Part shown: piece after piece, positions 1 through 8,042 of the stretch
Numbering within the stretch: position 1 is the first letter of the stretch
How the letters are laid out: the number at the start of each line of letters is the position of its first letter
Source of the DNA: Gammaproteobacteria bacterium
GTDB lineage: Bacteria; Pseudomonadota; Gammaproteobacteria; Eutrophobiales; Eutrophobiaceae
DNA length: 64,000 nucleotides
Reading direction: 5' to 3'
Assembly: GCA_016193395.1 (NCBI GenBank)
Contig: JACPSH010000004.1
Span: 6,549 to 70,548, forward strand
Made by a program: the position numbers and the translations under genes
Notes under the pieces: model-generated
The model's input: only the letters and a program-made list of their open reading frames with translations
Database searches by the model: none
What the model was told of the DNA's origin: nothing

Positions 1-803
1 CGCAACTGCTTGCCGGCGGCACCGATCTCATCGTCAAGATGCGCGTACGCCACGCGCGGCCGGACCTGGTGCTGGACGCCAAGCACATCCCGGAACTCAA
101 CGTCCTCAAGCTCGACGGCACCGGGCTGACTATCGGCGCGGCCGTGAGCTGCCGGAGCATTTACCTAGATGAGCGCATCGCCGCGCGCTATCCGGCGCTG
201 GTCGACTGCACCGCGCTCATCGGCGGCATCCAGATCCAGGGACGCGCGACGGTCGGCGGCAATCTCTGCAACGCCGCCCCGAGCGCGGATACCATCCCGG
301 CGCTGATCGCGCTTGGCGCCATGGCGCACCTGCGCGGACCCAAAGGCAAGCGGCAGCTTCCCGTCGAGAAGTTCTGTCTCGGCCCCGGCAAGACCGCCTT
401 AAGGAAAGGAGAAATGCTGATCCATGTGCGCATCCCGAAGCCCGCGAAAAATTCCGGGGCATTTTTCCTGCGCTTCATCCCGCGCAACGAGATGGATATT
501 GCGGTCGTGAACGCCGCCGCCGCGGTGGTGCTGGATGCCAGAAAGACAAAATTCATCTCGGCGCGGATCGCCATCGGCGCCGCGGCGCCCACTCCTTTAT
601 ATGTAGAAGACGCCGGCGCCGTGCTGGCGGACGAGCCGGTGTCGGAGAACATGATCGCGGAGGCGGCGCGGATCGCATCAGACGCGGTGCGTCCGATCAC
701 GGACATGCGCGGCACTATCGAACAACGCCGCGATCTCGCCGCCGTGCTGACGGCCCGCGCGCTCAGAGGCGCAATCGATAGGGCAAAGAGAGGGAATAGA
801 TGA
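1..803 (+). CDS. Molybdenum hydroxylase (xanthine dehydrogenase / CO dehydrogenase family) FAD-binding medium subunit, 5' end outside window
   Basis: The frame is open from base 3 (QLLAGGTDLIVKM...), so the ATG at 39 is internal. It has a GGNLCNAAPSAD motif and a CoxM/XdhB-like C-terminus. Its stop overlaps the next start (ATGA at 800-803). Confidence 0.85.
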   Translation, partial: QLLAGGTDLIVKMRVRHARPDLVLDAKHIPELNVLKLDGTGLTIGAAVSCRSIYLDERIAARYPALVDCTALIGGIQIQGRATVGGNLCNAAPSADTIPALIALGAMAHLRGPKGKRQLPVEKFCLGPGKTALRKGEMLIHVRIPKPAKNSGAFFLRFIPRNEMDIAVVNAAAAVVLDARKTKFISARIAIGAAAPTPLYVEDAGAVLADEPVSENMIAEAARIASDAVRPITDMRGTIEQRRDLAAVLTARALRGAIDRAKRGNR

Positions 804-1282
804 GCACGAAGAAACGGGTGGCCGCGACGGTGAACGGCGATGCGGCGGAGTTTCTCTGCGAGCCGCGGCAGAGCCTGCTCGAAGTGCTGCGCGAAGTGTT
901 GTCGCTCACCGGCACCAAGGAAGGCTGCAATGACGGCAATTGCGGCGCCTGCTCCGTGATCGTGGACGGGACGCTGGTGAATTCCTGTTGCATGCTCGGC
1001 GTCGAGATCGACGGCTGCGAAGTCGAGACCGTGGAAGGGCTCGCCCGCAACGGCAAGCTGCACCCCCTGCAGAAAACCTACCTGGAAGAGACCGGCATGC
1101 AATGCGGTTTCTGCACGCCCGGCTTCCTGATGTCGTCCAAGGCCCTGCTGGACGCGCACCCGGATCCAAGCGAGCGGCAGATCCGCCACTGGCTGTCGGG
1201 CAACCTGTGCCGCTGCACCGGTTACGACAAGATCGTGCGCGCGGTGCAAAAGGCGGCGCGCATGCTGGAGGCCGAGCGATGA
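800..1282 (+). CDS. Molybdenum hydroxylase (2Fe-2S)-binding small subunit
   Basis: 160-aa ORF with two Cys clusters, [11 protein letters not shown] and CGFCTPGF...CRCTGY, typical of CoxS/XdhC-type small subunits. It is translationally coupled on both sides. Confidence 0.9.
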   Translation: MSTKKRVAATVNGDAAEFLCEPRQSLLEVLREVLSLTGTKEGCNDGNCGACSVIVDGTLVNSCCMLGVEIDGCEVETVEGLARNGKLHPLQKTYLEETGMQCGFCTPGFLMSSKALLDAHPDPSERQIRHWLSGNLCRCTGYDKIVRAVQKAARMLEAER

Positions 1283-3558
1283 ACAAGCCCGAAAAGCTCC
1301 CCCATTTCCGTGTCGTGGGCACCAACCCGATCCGTCCCGACGGACTGGACAAGGTCACGGGCCGCGCCGTCTACGGCGACGACTTCAAGATCGCGGGCAT
1401 GTTGCACGGCAAGGTGTTGCGCAGTCCGCACGCGCATGCGCGCATCAAGTCCATCGACACCCGGCGCGCCGCGAAGCTGCCGGGCGTGCGCGCGATCATC
1501 ACCGGGGCGGATTTCCCGAAGCCCTCCGTGGCGATGGTGCCGATGGGTGAAGGCGGCTACGTCGACATGAACGACACGGCCGACAACGTAATTGCGAAGG
1601 GCAAGGCGTTCTACGACGGCCACGTCATCGCCGCGGTCGCGGCGGACAACCCGCACATCGCGGAAGAGGCCGTGGCGCTCATCGACGTGAAATACGAAGT
1701 GCTGCCGCCGGTGATGGACGTGCGCAGCGCCATGGCGCCCGGCGCCGCGGTTTTGCACGAGACCTTCAATCCCGGCGCGTTTTTCATGAAGACGCACAAG
1801 GTGCTGCCGAACGCCAGCCGGCTTGAACTCGGCGCCGGCGATGTCGCGCGCGGCTTCAAGGAGGCGGACGTCATCGTCGAACGCGAGTTCACCACCGAGA
1901 CCGTGCACCAGGGCTACATCGAGTCGCACATCTGCACGGCGCAGTGGGACGAGCGCGGCCAGGTGACGATCTGGACCACGACGCAGGGCGCGTTCGCGAT
2001 CCGCGACCAGGTCGCGATCGTCTGCGCCGTGCCCATGAGCCACGTCCGCGTCGTGCCGCTCGAGATCGGCGGCGGATTCGGCGGAAAAGACACGGCCTAC
2101 ATCGAGCCGCTGGCCGCCATGCTGGCGAAGAAGGCCGACCGGCCGGTGAAGGTCGTCATGAGCCGCGCCGAATCGCTGCGCGCGACGGGCCCGAGCTCCG
2201 GCACCTTCATCAGGGCGAAGATGGGCGCGAAGAAGGACGGCACGCTGGTCGCGGCCGATCTGTCCTTCGCCTACGAGGCCGGCGGGTTTCCGGGTGGTCC
2301 GATCGCCGCCGGCGTGCTCACTTCGATCACGCGCTACAACATCCCGAATGTCCGCCTCGAAGGTTTCGACGTGCTGGTGAACAAGCCAAAGGTCAAACCC
2401 TACCGCGCGCCCGGGGCGACGCAATCCAACTTCGCGGTGGAACAGGTCATGAACCAGCTCGCGGAGAAGCTCGGCATGGACCCGGTGGAATTCAGGATCA
2501 GGAACGCGATGAAAACCGGCGACCGGCTGATCCTGGGATTCCCGTGCCCCCCGGTCGGCGGAGTCGAAATGCTCGAAGCCGTGAAGAAGCACCCGCACTA
2601 CAAGGCGCCGCTCGGAAAAAACCAGGGACGTGGCGTGGCCTTCAGCTTCTGGTTCGGCGCGGGGCTCACCTCCAGCGCGGAACTCAGCGTGAACAGCGAC
2701 GGCACCGTGCAGATGTGCACGGGGAGCTGCGATCTGAGCGGCACGCGGCTCACGCTGGCGATGCAGGCGGCCGAGGCGCTGGGGATCGACGTCGAGGACG
2801 TTTCACCGACTATCGGCGACACGCACTCGGTCGGCTATACACTCCAGTCGGTCGGGAGCCGCACGACTTTTGCGACCGGCATCGCCGTGTACGAGGCCGC
2901 GCAGAAAGTTTTGAAGGAGATGGCGGGGCGCGCCGCGCTGCTTTGGGAGACCGATCCCGCAAACGTGGCGGTGGATCGGGGTGACTTCACGGACATGAAC
3001 AATCCCGCACACCGGTTCACGTTCAGGGAATTGGCGGACAAGCTCGAACACAGCGGCGGGCCGGTGAGCGCGCAGTCCACGGTCACCCCCGAGCGCGTCG
3101 GATTCCAGCTGGCCGCGCACCTGGTCGACATCGAAGTGGATACCGAGACCGGCAAGGTGGACATCCTCCGTTACACGGCGTTCCAGGACGCCGGCAAGGC
3201 CGTGCACCCGGACTTCGTCGCCGGCCAGATCCAAGGCGGCGTCGTGCAGGGGCTGGGCTGGGCGCTCAACGAGGAATTCTGGTACGACGCGAAGGGGCGC
3301 CTGTGCAACGCGAGCCTGCTGGATTACCGCATGCCGATCGCGCTCGATGTGCCGATGATCGATGTGGTCATCCTGGAGACGCCGAACCCGGGCCACCCGT
3401 TCGGCGTGCGCGGCGTGGGCGAAGTGCCCATCGTGCCGCCAGCCGCGGCGGTGGCGAACGCGATTTACGACGCCATCGGCGTGCGCATGGATGCGTTGCC
3501 CATGAAGCCGGGACGCGTGCTGCAGAAAATAAAGGAACAGAAGAGCGCCGCTGCGTAG
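1279..3558 (+). CDS. Molybdenum hydroxylase molybdopterin-binding large subunit (aldehyde oxidase/xanthine dehydrogenase family)
   Basis: The start [22 protein letters not shown] at ATG 1279 overlaps the small-subunit stop (ATGA). The upstream part of the 940..3558 ORF is Arg-rich out-of-context sequence. Family-typical segments are present (GGGFGGK, GVGEVPIVP). Confidence 0.9.
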   Translation: MNKPEKLPHFRVVGTNPIRPDGLDKVTGRAVYGDDFKIAGMLHGKVLRSPHAHARIKSIDTRRAAKLPGVRAIITGADFPKPSVAMVPMGEGGYVDMNDTADNVIAKGKAFYDGHVIAAVAADNPHIAEEAVALIDVKYEVLPPVMDVRSAMAPGAAVLHETFNPGAFFMKTHKVLPNASRLELGAGDVARGFKEADVIVEREFTTETVHQGYIESHICTAQWDERGQVTIWTTTQGAFAIRDQVAIVCAVPMSHVRVVPLEIGGGFGGKDTAYIEPLAAMLAKKADRPVKVVMSRAESLRATGPSSGTFIRAKMGAKKDGTLVAADLSFAYEAGGFPGGPIAAGVLTSITRYNIPNVRLEGFDVLVNKPKVKPYRAPGATQSNFAVEQVMNQLAEKLGMDPVEFRIRNAMKTGDRLILGFPCPPVGGVEMLEAVKKHPHYKAPLGKNQGRGVAFSFWFGAGLTSSAELSVNSDGTVQMCTGSCDLSGTRLTLAMQAAEALGIDVEDVSPTIGDTHSVGYTLQSVGSRTTFATGIAVYEAAQKVLKEMAGRAALLWETDPANVAVDRGDFTDMNNPAHRFTFRELADKLEHSGGPVSAQSTVTPERVGFQLAAHLVDIEVDTETGKVDILRYTAFQDAGKAVHPDFVAGQIQGGVVQGLGWALNEEFWYDAKGRLCNASLLDYRMPIALDVPMIDVVILETPNPGHPFGVRGVGEVPIVPPAAAVANAIYDAIGVRMDALPMKPGRVLQKIKEQKSAAA

Positions 3559-3578
3559 GGATCTTCCCTCTCCTTTTG

Positions 3579-3845
3579 ATGGCCACCGTCTGGATCCCGA
3601 CTCCGCTGCAAGCGCTCACCGGCGGTGAGGCCACCGTCCGCGCCACCGGCGGCACCGTCAAGGAACTCGTCGAAGACCTGGACCGCAGCTATCCGGGATT
3701 CAAGGAGGCGATAGTCGGGGAAGGCGTGCTCGTGCGCCCCGGCATCAGTGTCGTCGTGGACGGCAGCGTCGTGAAAAAGGGGCTGCTGCATCCGGTCGGG
3801 GCGGAAAGCGAAGTCTTCTTCATCCCCGCCATCGGCGGCGGCTGA
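3579..3845 (+). CDS. MoaD/ThiS-family ubiquitin-like small protein (C-terminal Gly-Gly)
   Basis: 88 aa from ATG 3579 (MATVWIPTPLQALTGG...). The sequence ends ...FFIPAIGGG, the beta-grasp sulfur-carrier signature. It lies 20 nt after the large subunit. Confidence 0.7.
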   Translation: MATVWIPTPLQALTGGEATVRATGGTVKELVEDLDRSYPGFKEAIVGEGVLVRPGISVVVDGSVVKKGLLHPVGAESEVFFIPAIGGG

Positions 3846-3880
3846 GGCGATCTCCTCAGGCGTAGCGACGGCGCCGCCTC

Positions 3881-5365
3881 ATGTCGAATACCTTTCCCGA
3901 AACACCGACCTACACCGGCTTCAATGCGCCGCGGCGCATCGAAGGCGAGGTCTTCGATCTCGAAGTCGACGGTGAACTGCCTGCTCGACTGAACGGGTCC
4001 TTCTATCGCTGCGGGCCCGATCCGCGCTTCGCGCCACGGCTCGGCGACGATATCAACATCAACGGCGACGGCATGGTCACGCTGTTCCGCATCAAAGACG
4101 GCCACGTGGACTTCCGCAGCCGCTACGTGCGCACCGAGAAATTCAGGCTGGAAACCATGGCGCGCAAGTCCCTGTTCGGCGCCTATCGCAATCCGTACAC
4201 GGACGATCCGGGCGTCGCCGGCCGCGATCGCACCACCGCGAACACGAACGCCGTATTCCACGCCGGCCGGTTGTTCGCACTCAAGGAAGACGGTCTGCCG
4301 CACGAGCTCGACCCGGACACGCTGGAGACCCGGGGGCGCCACGACTACGCGGGCAAGATGAAAAGCGAGACCGCCACCGCGCATCCCAAGTTCGACCCGC
4401 AGTCCGGCGAGATGCTCTCGCACGGCTACGAGGCGCGAGGACTCGCCTCCCGCGACGTGGCGCTCCAGGTCATAGCGCGCGATGGGAAACTGGTGCGGGA
4501 GGATTTCTTCATCGCGCCCTATTGCAGCATGATGCACGACTGGGCCGTCAGTGCGGGTCATTTCATTTTCCCGCTCTGGTCGACGACGGCGGACGAGGCG
4601 CGCATGCGCCAGGGCGGCCCGCACTGGGTGTTCGAGGCGGATCGTGATCTTGCGATCGGAATCATGCGCCGCGACGCAGACGTAAAGGACATCCGCTGGT
4701 ACCGCCTGCCGCCGGGCGGCGTCGGCCATATCCTCAATGCCTTTGACGACGGCGACAGGGTCTGCGTCGACCTGTTCATCAGCGCGCGCAACCAGTTCCC
4801 GTTCATCCAGAATTCCGACGGTGCGCCGTTCGACCGCGAGCGGGCCACGCCGCGGCTCACGCGCTGGACCTTCGACCTGTCGAAAAAGAACGATCGATTC
4901 GAAGCGAGGACCTGTTTCAGCGACTTCATGGAAATGCCGGCAACCGACCCGCGCTACCAGTTGCACGCGTACCGGCACGGATTCACGGCGATCGTCGATC
5001 CGTCGCGGCCGTTGAACGCGGCCGGCACTATCGGCGTCGGCTGGAACACGATCGCGCACGTGGATCTTTCGACGGGCCGGCTGGAGCGCTATTACGCCGG
5101 CGAAAAAACCACCTGCGGCGAGCCCTGCTTCATCCCGCGTTCGCCCTTCGCCCCGGAGGGGGACGGCTACCTCCTTTCCGTGCTCATCCGCGGCGATGTC
5201 GATTCGCACTCCGAGCTGATCGTGCTGGATGCGCAGCACATCGCCGACGGCCCGATGGCGACCGTGCGGCTGCCGTTCCGCATCCGCGCCGCGGTGCATG
5301 GGAGCTGGGTGCCGGCGGCTCAACCGCATCCGTCATTCCGGACCGAACCCGGCGCAGCCGGATGA
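3881..5365 (+). CDS. Carotenoid oxygenase family dioxygenase (lignostilbene dioxygenase / isoeugenol monooxygenase-like)
   Basis: 494-aa ORF. The N-terminus NAPRRIEGEVFDLEVDGELPARLNGSFYRCGPDP and the four His-containing blades are typical of the RPE65/CCD family. The last ~11 codons lie inside a REP-like unit. Confidence 0.85.
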   Translation: MSNTFPETPTYTGFNAPRRIEGEVFDLEVDGELPARLNGSFYRCGPDPRFAPRLGDDININGDGMVTLFRIKDGHVDFRSRYVRTEKFRLETMARKSLFGAYRNPYTDDPGVAGRDRTTANTNAVFHAGRLFALKEDGLPHELDPDTLETRGRHDYAGKMKSETATAHPKFDPQSGEMLSHGYEARGLASRDVALQVIARDGKLVREDFFIAPYCSMMHDWAVSAGHFIFPLWSTTADEARMRQGGPHWVFEADRDLAIGIMRRDADVKDIRWYRLPPGGVGHILNAFDDGDRVCVDLFISARNQFPFIQNSDGAPFDRERATPRLTRWTFDLSKKNDRFEARTCFSDFMEMPATDPRYQLHAYRHGFTAIVDPSRPLNAAGTIGVGWNTIAHVDLSTGRLERYYAGEKTTCGEPCFIPRSPFAPEGDGYLLSVLIRGDVDSHSELIVLDAQHIADGPMATVRLPFRIRAAVHGSWVPAAQPHPSFRTEPGAAG

Positions 5366-5380
5366 GCGTCCGGAATCCAG
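5332..5380. repeat. REP-like palindromic unit (GTCATTCCGG...CCGGAATCCAG family)
   Basis: GTCATTCCGGAC...GTCCGGAATCCAG with inverted ATTCCGGAC/GTCCGGAAT termini. Related copies occur at 8 other sites in the window. Confidence 0.8.
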
Positions 5381-5472
5381 AAAATAGTCGGAACACCTCC
5401 GGAACACTGTGATGCGGTCCTCCAAAGTCGGCGAACAAAGCCTCCGTGATCGTGCAGAATGGCTCACAGGGG

Positions 5473-5512
5473 CTGGATTCCGGATGCGGCCTGCGGCCGA
5501 TCCGGAATGACG
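5473..5512. repeat. REP-like palindromic unit, opposite orientation
   Basis: CTGGATTCCGGATGCGGCCTGCGGCCGATCCGGAATGAC. Confidence 0.8.
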
Positions 5513-5526
5513 GAAGGATCCGCGCG

Positions 5527-5619
5527 ATGGAAACGACCGCACCCCTCTTCCACGCCGACCACGTCGGCAGCCTGCTGCGGCCGCCAGAACTGCTGGCCGC
5601 GCGCGAGGTGTGGGGCTGA
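5527..5619 (+). pseudogene. Fragment: N-terminal ~30 codons of a cobalamin-independent methionine synthase (MetE C-terminal domain)-like protein
   Basis: METTAPLFHADHVGSLLRPPELLAAREVWG then stop. The ADHVGSLLRP..L..AR motif is the usual N-terminus of a ~370-aa family. The fragment sits between two REP-like units. Confidence 0.4.
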
Positions 5620-5638
5620 TGTCGCGACAAAGTCATTC

Positions 5639-5703
5639 GTCATTCCGGACAACCCCCCGGCCTGCACCGGGGCTAAAGGCTCACTCGCGGTTTCCGGAAT
5701 GAC
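5639..5703. repeat. REP-like palindromic unit (long spacer variant)
   Basis: GTCATTCCGGA...TCCGGAATGAC, with 11-bp perfect inverted termini around a 43-bp spacer. Confidence 0.75.
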
Positions 5704-5718
5704 GGATTCCCGGTATAT

Positions 5719-6120
5719 GTGGCAAAACAAGCCAAGAAGCACACGACGACAAAAAGGCCATTAAAGCTGAGCCTGTCCATTGCCGTCGGCGATTACGACC
5801 GCACGCGCCCGCTCGTAGACGGCAGCGTCCGCATCGACGGCGTCGATCCGAATTTCATGCTCCTGTCGCCGGAAGAAATGTTCTTCCGTGCCTTCCGGCA
5901 TGCCGATTTCGACGTCGCCGAGCTTTCGCTCAGCAGCTTCACACTGCGCGCGGCGCGGCGACTTCTCGGACAGGATTTCTGGTCTTACGGGCTCAATGAT
6001 TCGAACCGAAAGACGCTCGATACGTTCCTCCGCCACCACCACGCCCAGGGTCTCTCGCCGCGGCGCGTCGCGGTGGAGGAACTGTTCCACCCGGCAGCGT
6101 TTGAAATTTATAAAATCTGA
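5719..6120 (+). pseudogene. Internally deleted remnant of a 4,5-dihydroxyphthalate-decarboxylase-like (periplasmic-binding-fold) gene
   Basis: The 133-aa ORF joins a family-typical N-terminus (LSLSIAVGDYDRTRPLVDGSVRIDGVDPNFMLLSPEEMFFRAFRHADFDVAELSLSS) directly to the family C-terminus (DFWSYG...FLRHHHAQGLS...EELF). Full-length members are roughly 330 aa. Confidence 0.55.
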
Positions 6121-6135
6121 TCGGCCGCGGCATTC

Positions 6136-6993
6136 CTAATTCGCTGCCGGACGCGCGCTTATTGCCTGACGGAACTCGCGCAGCTTGTTCTTGATGATGG
6201 CGGCGTTATCCGGACCGATGCGGATCAGTGTCTTCTGGCCCGCTGACTTCGATTCCAGCGCGGCGTCCGCGAACTTGTAGTAGACGGCGGGCTGCACGAG
6301 CTTGATCGTGCCCTTCACCTCCGGCGTCGCGAGCAGGTGGTCGATGACTTCCAGCAGGCGCTGGTTGAACTGCTTTTGCGGGTAGCCGAGATCGGCGTAG
6401 GCCTGCTGGAACAGCGGATAAAAGCGGAAATAGGTCCCCGCGAGCTTTGCCGTGTCCACCGCGCCGACCAGCCGTATCAGCGGCGCATAGCGCCTGGCAT
6501 TCTCCGGGTTCAGGGTCACGTTACCCTCCTGGCCCGAGGTCATGAACTTCCCGGCGCTGGGCATGATCGGCCAGAGGCGCAGCGCGAGCTTGTCGCGCGG
6601 CAGGTTGTCCACTGTGGCGACGATGCGGCGGATGATCTCGGGCGGCTGGAGGATCTGCGTGGCCGTTTCCCTGCCGACCAGTCCCGCCAGCGCGTCGCTA
6701 ACGGCCGCGTCGCTTTCATTCAATGCCGGCAGTGGCGCGGTCTGGGCCGGGACGGGGACTGGCGCCACCTCTTCCACGGGCTGCGGTTCCGGCGCGGGCG
6801 CCGCAGGTTGCGGTTCGATCTGCGGGGTCGGCGGCGCAGGCTCGACTTCCGCCGGTTCCTGACGTGTGTAGACATAGGCGCCGCCGGCAACCGCGAGCAC
6901 GGCAGCGATTGCCCATAGAACGCCGAACCTCGGCCTCTGTTCGCTCCGCGGGCGGCGATCCGGGTCGGGCGAGATGTGCATCGGTTCCTGCAT
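6136..6993 (-). CDS. DUF3014 family membrane-anchored protein
   Basis: Start MQEPMHISPD (alternative ATG at 6981). It has one TM segment, a Pro-rich linker, then conserved DNLPRD...RYAPLIRLV...FYPLFQQAYADLGYP. The rest of the 396-aa ORF upstream overlaps the divergent SDR gene. Confidence 0.75.
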   Translation of the reverse strand: MQEPMHISPDPDRRPRSEQRPRFGVLWAIAAVLAVAGGAYVYTRQEPAEVEPAPPTPQIEPQPAAPAPEPQPVEEVAPVPVPAQTAPLPALNESDAAVSDALAGLVGRETATQILQPPEIIRRIVATVDNLPRDKLALRLWPIMPSAGKFMTSGQEGNVTLNPENARRYAPLIRLVGAVDTAKLAGTYFRFYPLFQQAYADLGYPQKQFNQRLLEVIDHLLATPEVKGTIKLVQPAVYYKFADAALESKSAGQKTLIRIGPDNAAIIKNKLREFRQAISARPAAN

Positions 6994-7065
6994 CCGCCGT
7001 ATTATGCCGGGAAACCGGAACGCCTGACTATCGAAAGGGCCGTAAAAATCAAGAGGGGGAATTCC

Positions 7066-7953
7066 ATGCAAGAGGTAAAGGGAAAGGTCGCATTCATCAC
7101 TGGCGGGGCGAGCGGCATTGGGCTCGGCATCGCGAAGGCCTGCGTGAACGCTGGCATGAAAGTGGTGATGGCCGACATCCGCCAGGATCACCTGGACGAG
7201 GCGCTCAAGTTCTTCAAGGACAAGGGCCAGGGCGGCCATGTCCACGGCATCAAGCTCGATGTGACGGACCGCGCGGCTTTCGAACGCGCCGCGGACGAGA
7301 CGGAACGCGTATTCGGCAAGGTCCACCTGCTGGTCAACAATGCCGGCGTCGGCGTCATCGGGCCGATCAGGCAGACCAAATACGCCGACTGGGACTGGGG
7401 GCTGGAAGTCCTGATCGGCGGCGTAGTCAACGGCATCCAGACCTTCCTGCCGCGCCTACTCAAGCACGGCGAAGGCGGTCACATCTGCAGCACCTCGTCC
7501 ATGACCGGTCTGCTCCCCATCGGACGCTCCGCCATCTACTCGCTGGCGAAAGCCGGGCTGGTCGGCATGTCGGAAGCGATGCGTGAAGAACTCCGGGAGG
7601 ACAACATCGGCGTGTCCGCGTTCTGCCCGGGCCCGGTGCAGACCAACATCCGCGAAACCGGCAAGCTGCGCCCCGAAAAATACAAGGACAGCGGTTACAT
7701 CGACGCCGAGAAGCAATTGCAGCAGCGCCCCAATTCCAGCAACTGGATGAGCCACGAGGAATGCGGCGAGCGCGTGCTCGCCGGGATCCGCCGCAACGAC
7801 CTGTACATTTTCACGCACCGCGAATTCAAGGAAGGCCTCGCGCGCAAGTGCGAGCTGATGCTGGATTCGTTTCCGGACGAGCCGATCGACACGGTGCGCG
7901 CCAACGAGATCGGTTTCCTGCTGTGGCCACCGGTATTTGCGAAAAGGAAATGA
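7066..7953 (+). CDS. Short-chain dehydrogenase/reductase (SDR)
   Basis: ATG 7066 is preceded by AAGAGGGGGA. It has the TGGASGIG dinucleotide motif, NNAG, and the YSLAK catalytic Tyr-x3-Lys. Confidence 0.85.
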   Translation: MQEVKGKVAFITGGASGIGLGIAKACVNAGMKVVMADIRQDHLDEALKFFKDKGQGGHVHGIKLDVTDRAAFERAADETERVFGKVHLLVNNAGVGVIGPIRQTKYADWDWGLEVLIGGVVNGIQTFLPRLLKHGEGGHICSTSSMTGLLPIGRSAIYSLAKAGLVGMSEAMREELREDNIGVSAFCPGPVQTNIRETGKLRPEKYKDSGYIDAEKQLQQRPNSSNWMSHEECGERVLAGIRRNDLYIFTHREFKEGLARKCELMLDSFPDEPIDTVRANEIGFLLWPPVFAKRK

Positions 7954-8042
7954 CGGCCGATTCAAAGAGAATGATTCGAAGGCAGACGGGGGCGGATTGG
8001 AGTCCGTCCCCGGAACACGCCCGGTAACAAGGGGGATCGGAC

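Noticed and set aside
940-1278. N-terminal extensions of track ORFs (940..1278, 21560..22624, 26230..26625, 31676..31843, 6994..7326, 16921..17313)
   Set aside because: The upstream portions overlap neighbouring genes or repeats and have Arg-rich composition. Internal starts with an RBS, coupling or a signal peptide give family-typical N-termini.
188-2598. Long antisense ORFs (188..1249 and 1222..2598, minus strand) opposite the molybdenum hydroxylase genes
   Set aside because: They are Arg/Ala/Gly/His-rich with no recognisable motifs, typical shadow ORFs of GC-rich DNA. The plus-strand genes have clear family signatures and translational coupling.
3689-5329. 546-aa minus-strand ORF opposite the carotenoid oxygenase gene
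   Set aside because: It has the same shadow-ORF composition, and the plus-strand product has family-typical sequence along its whole length.
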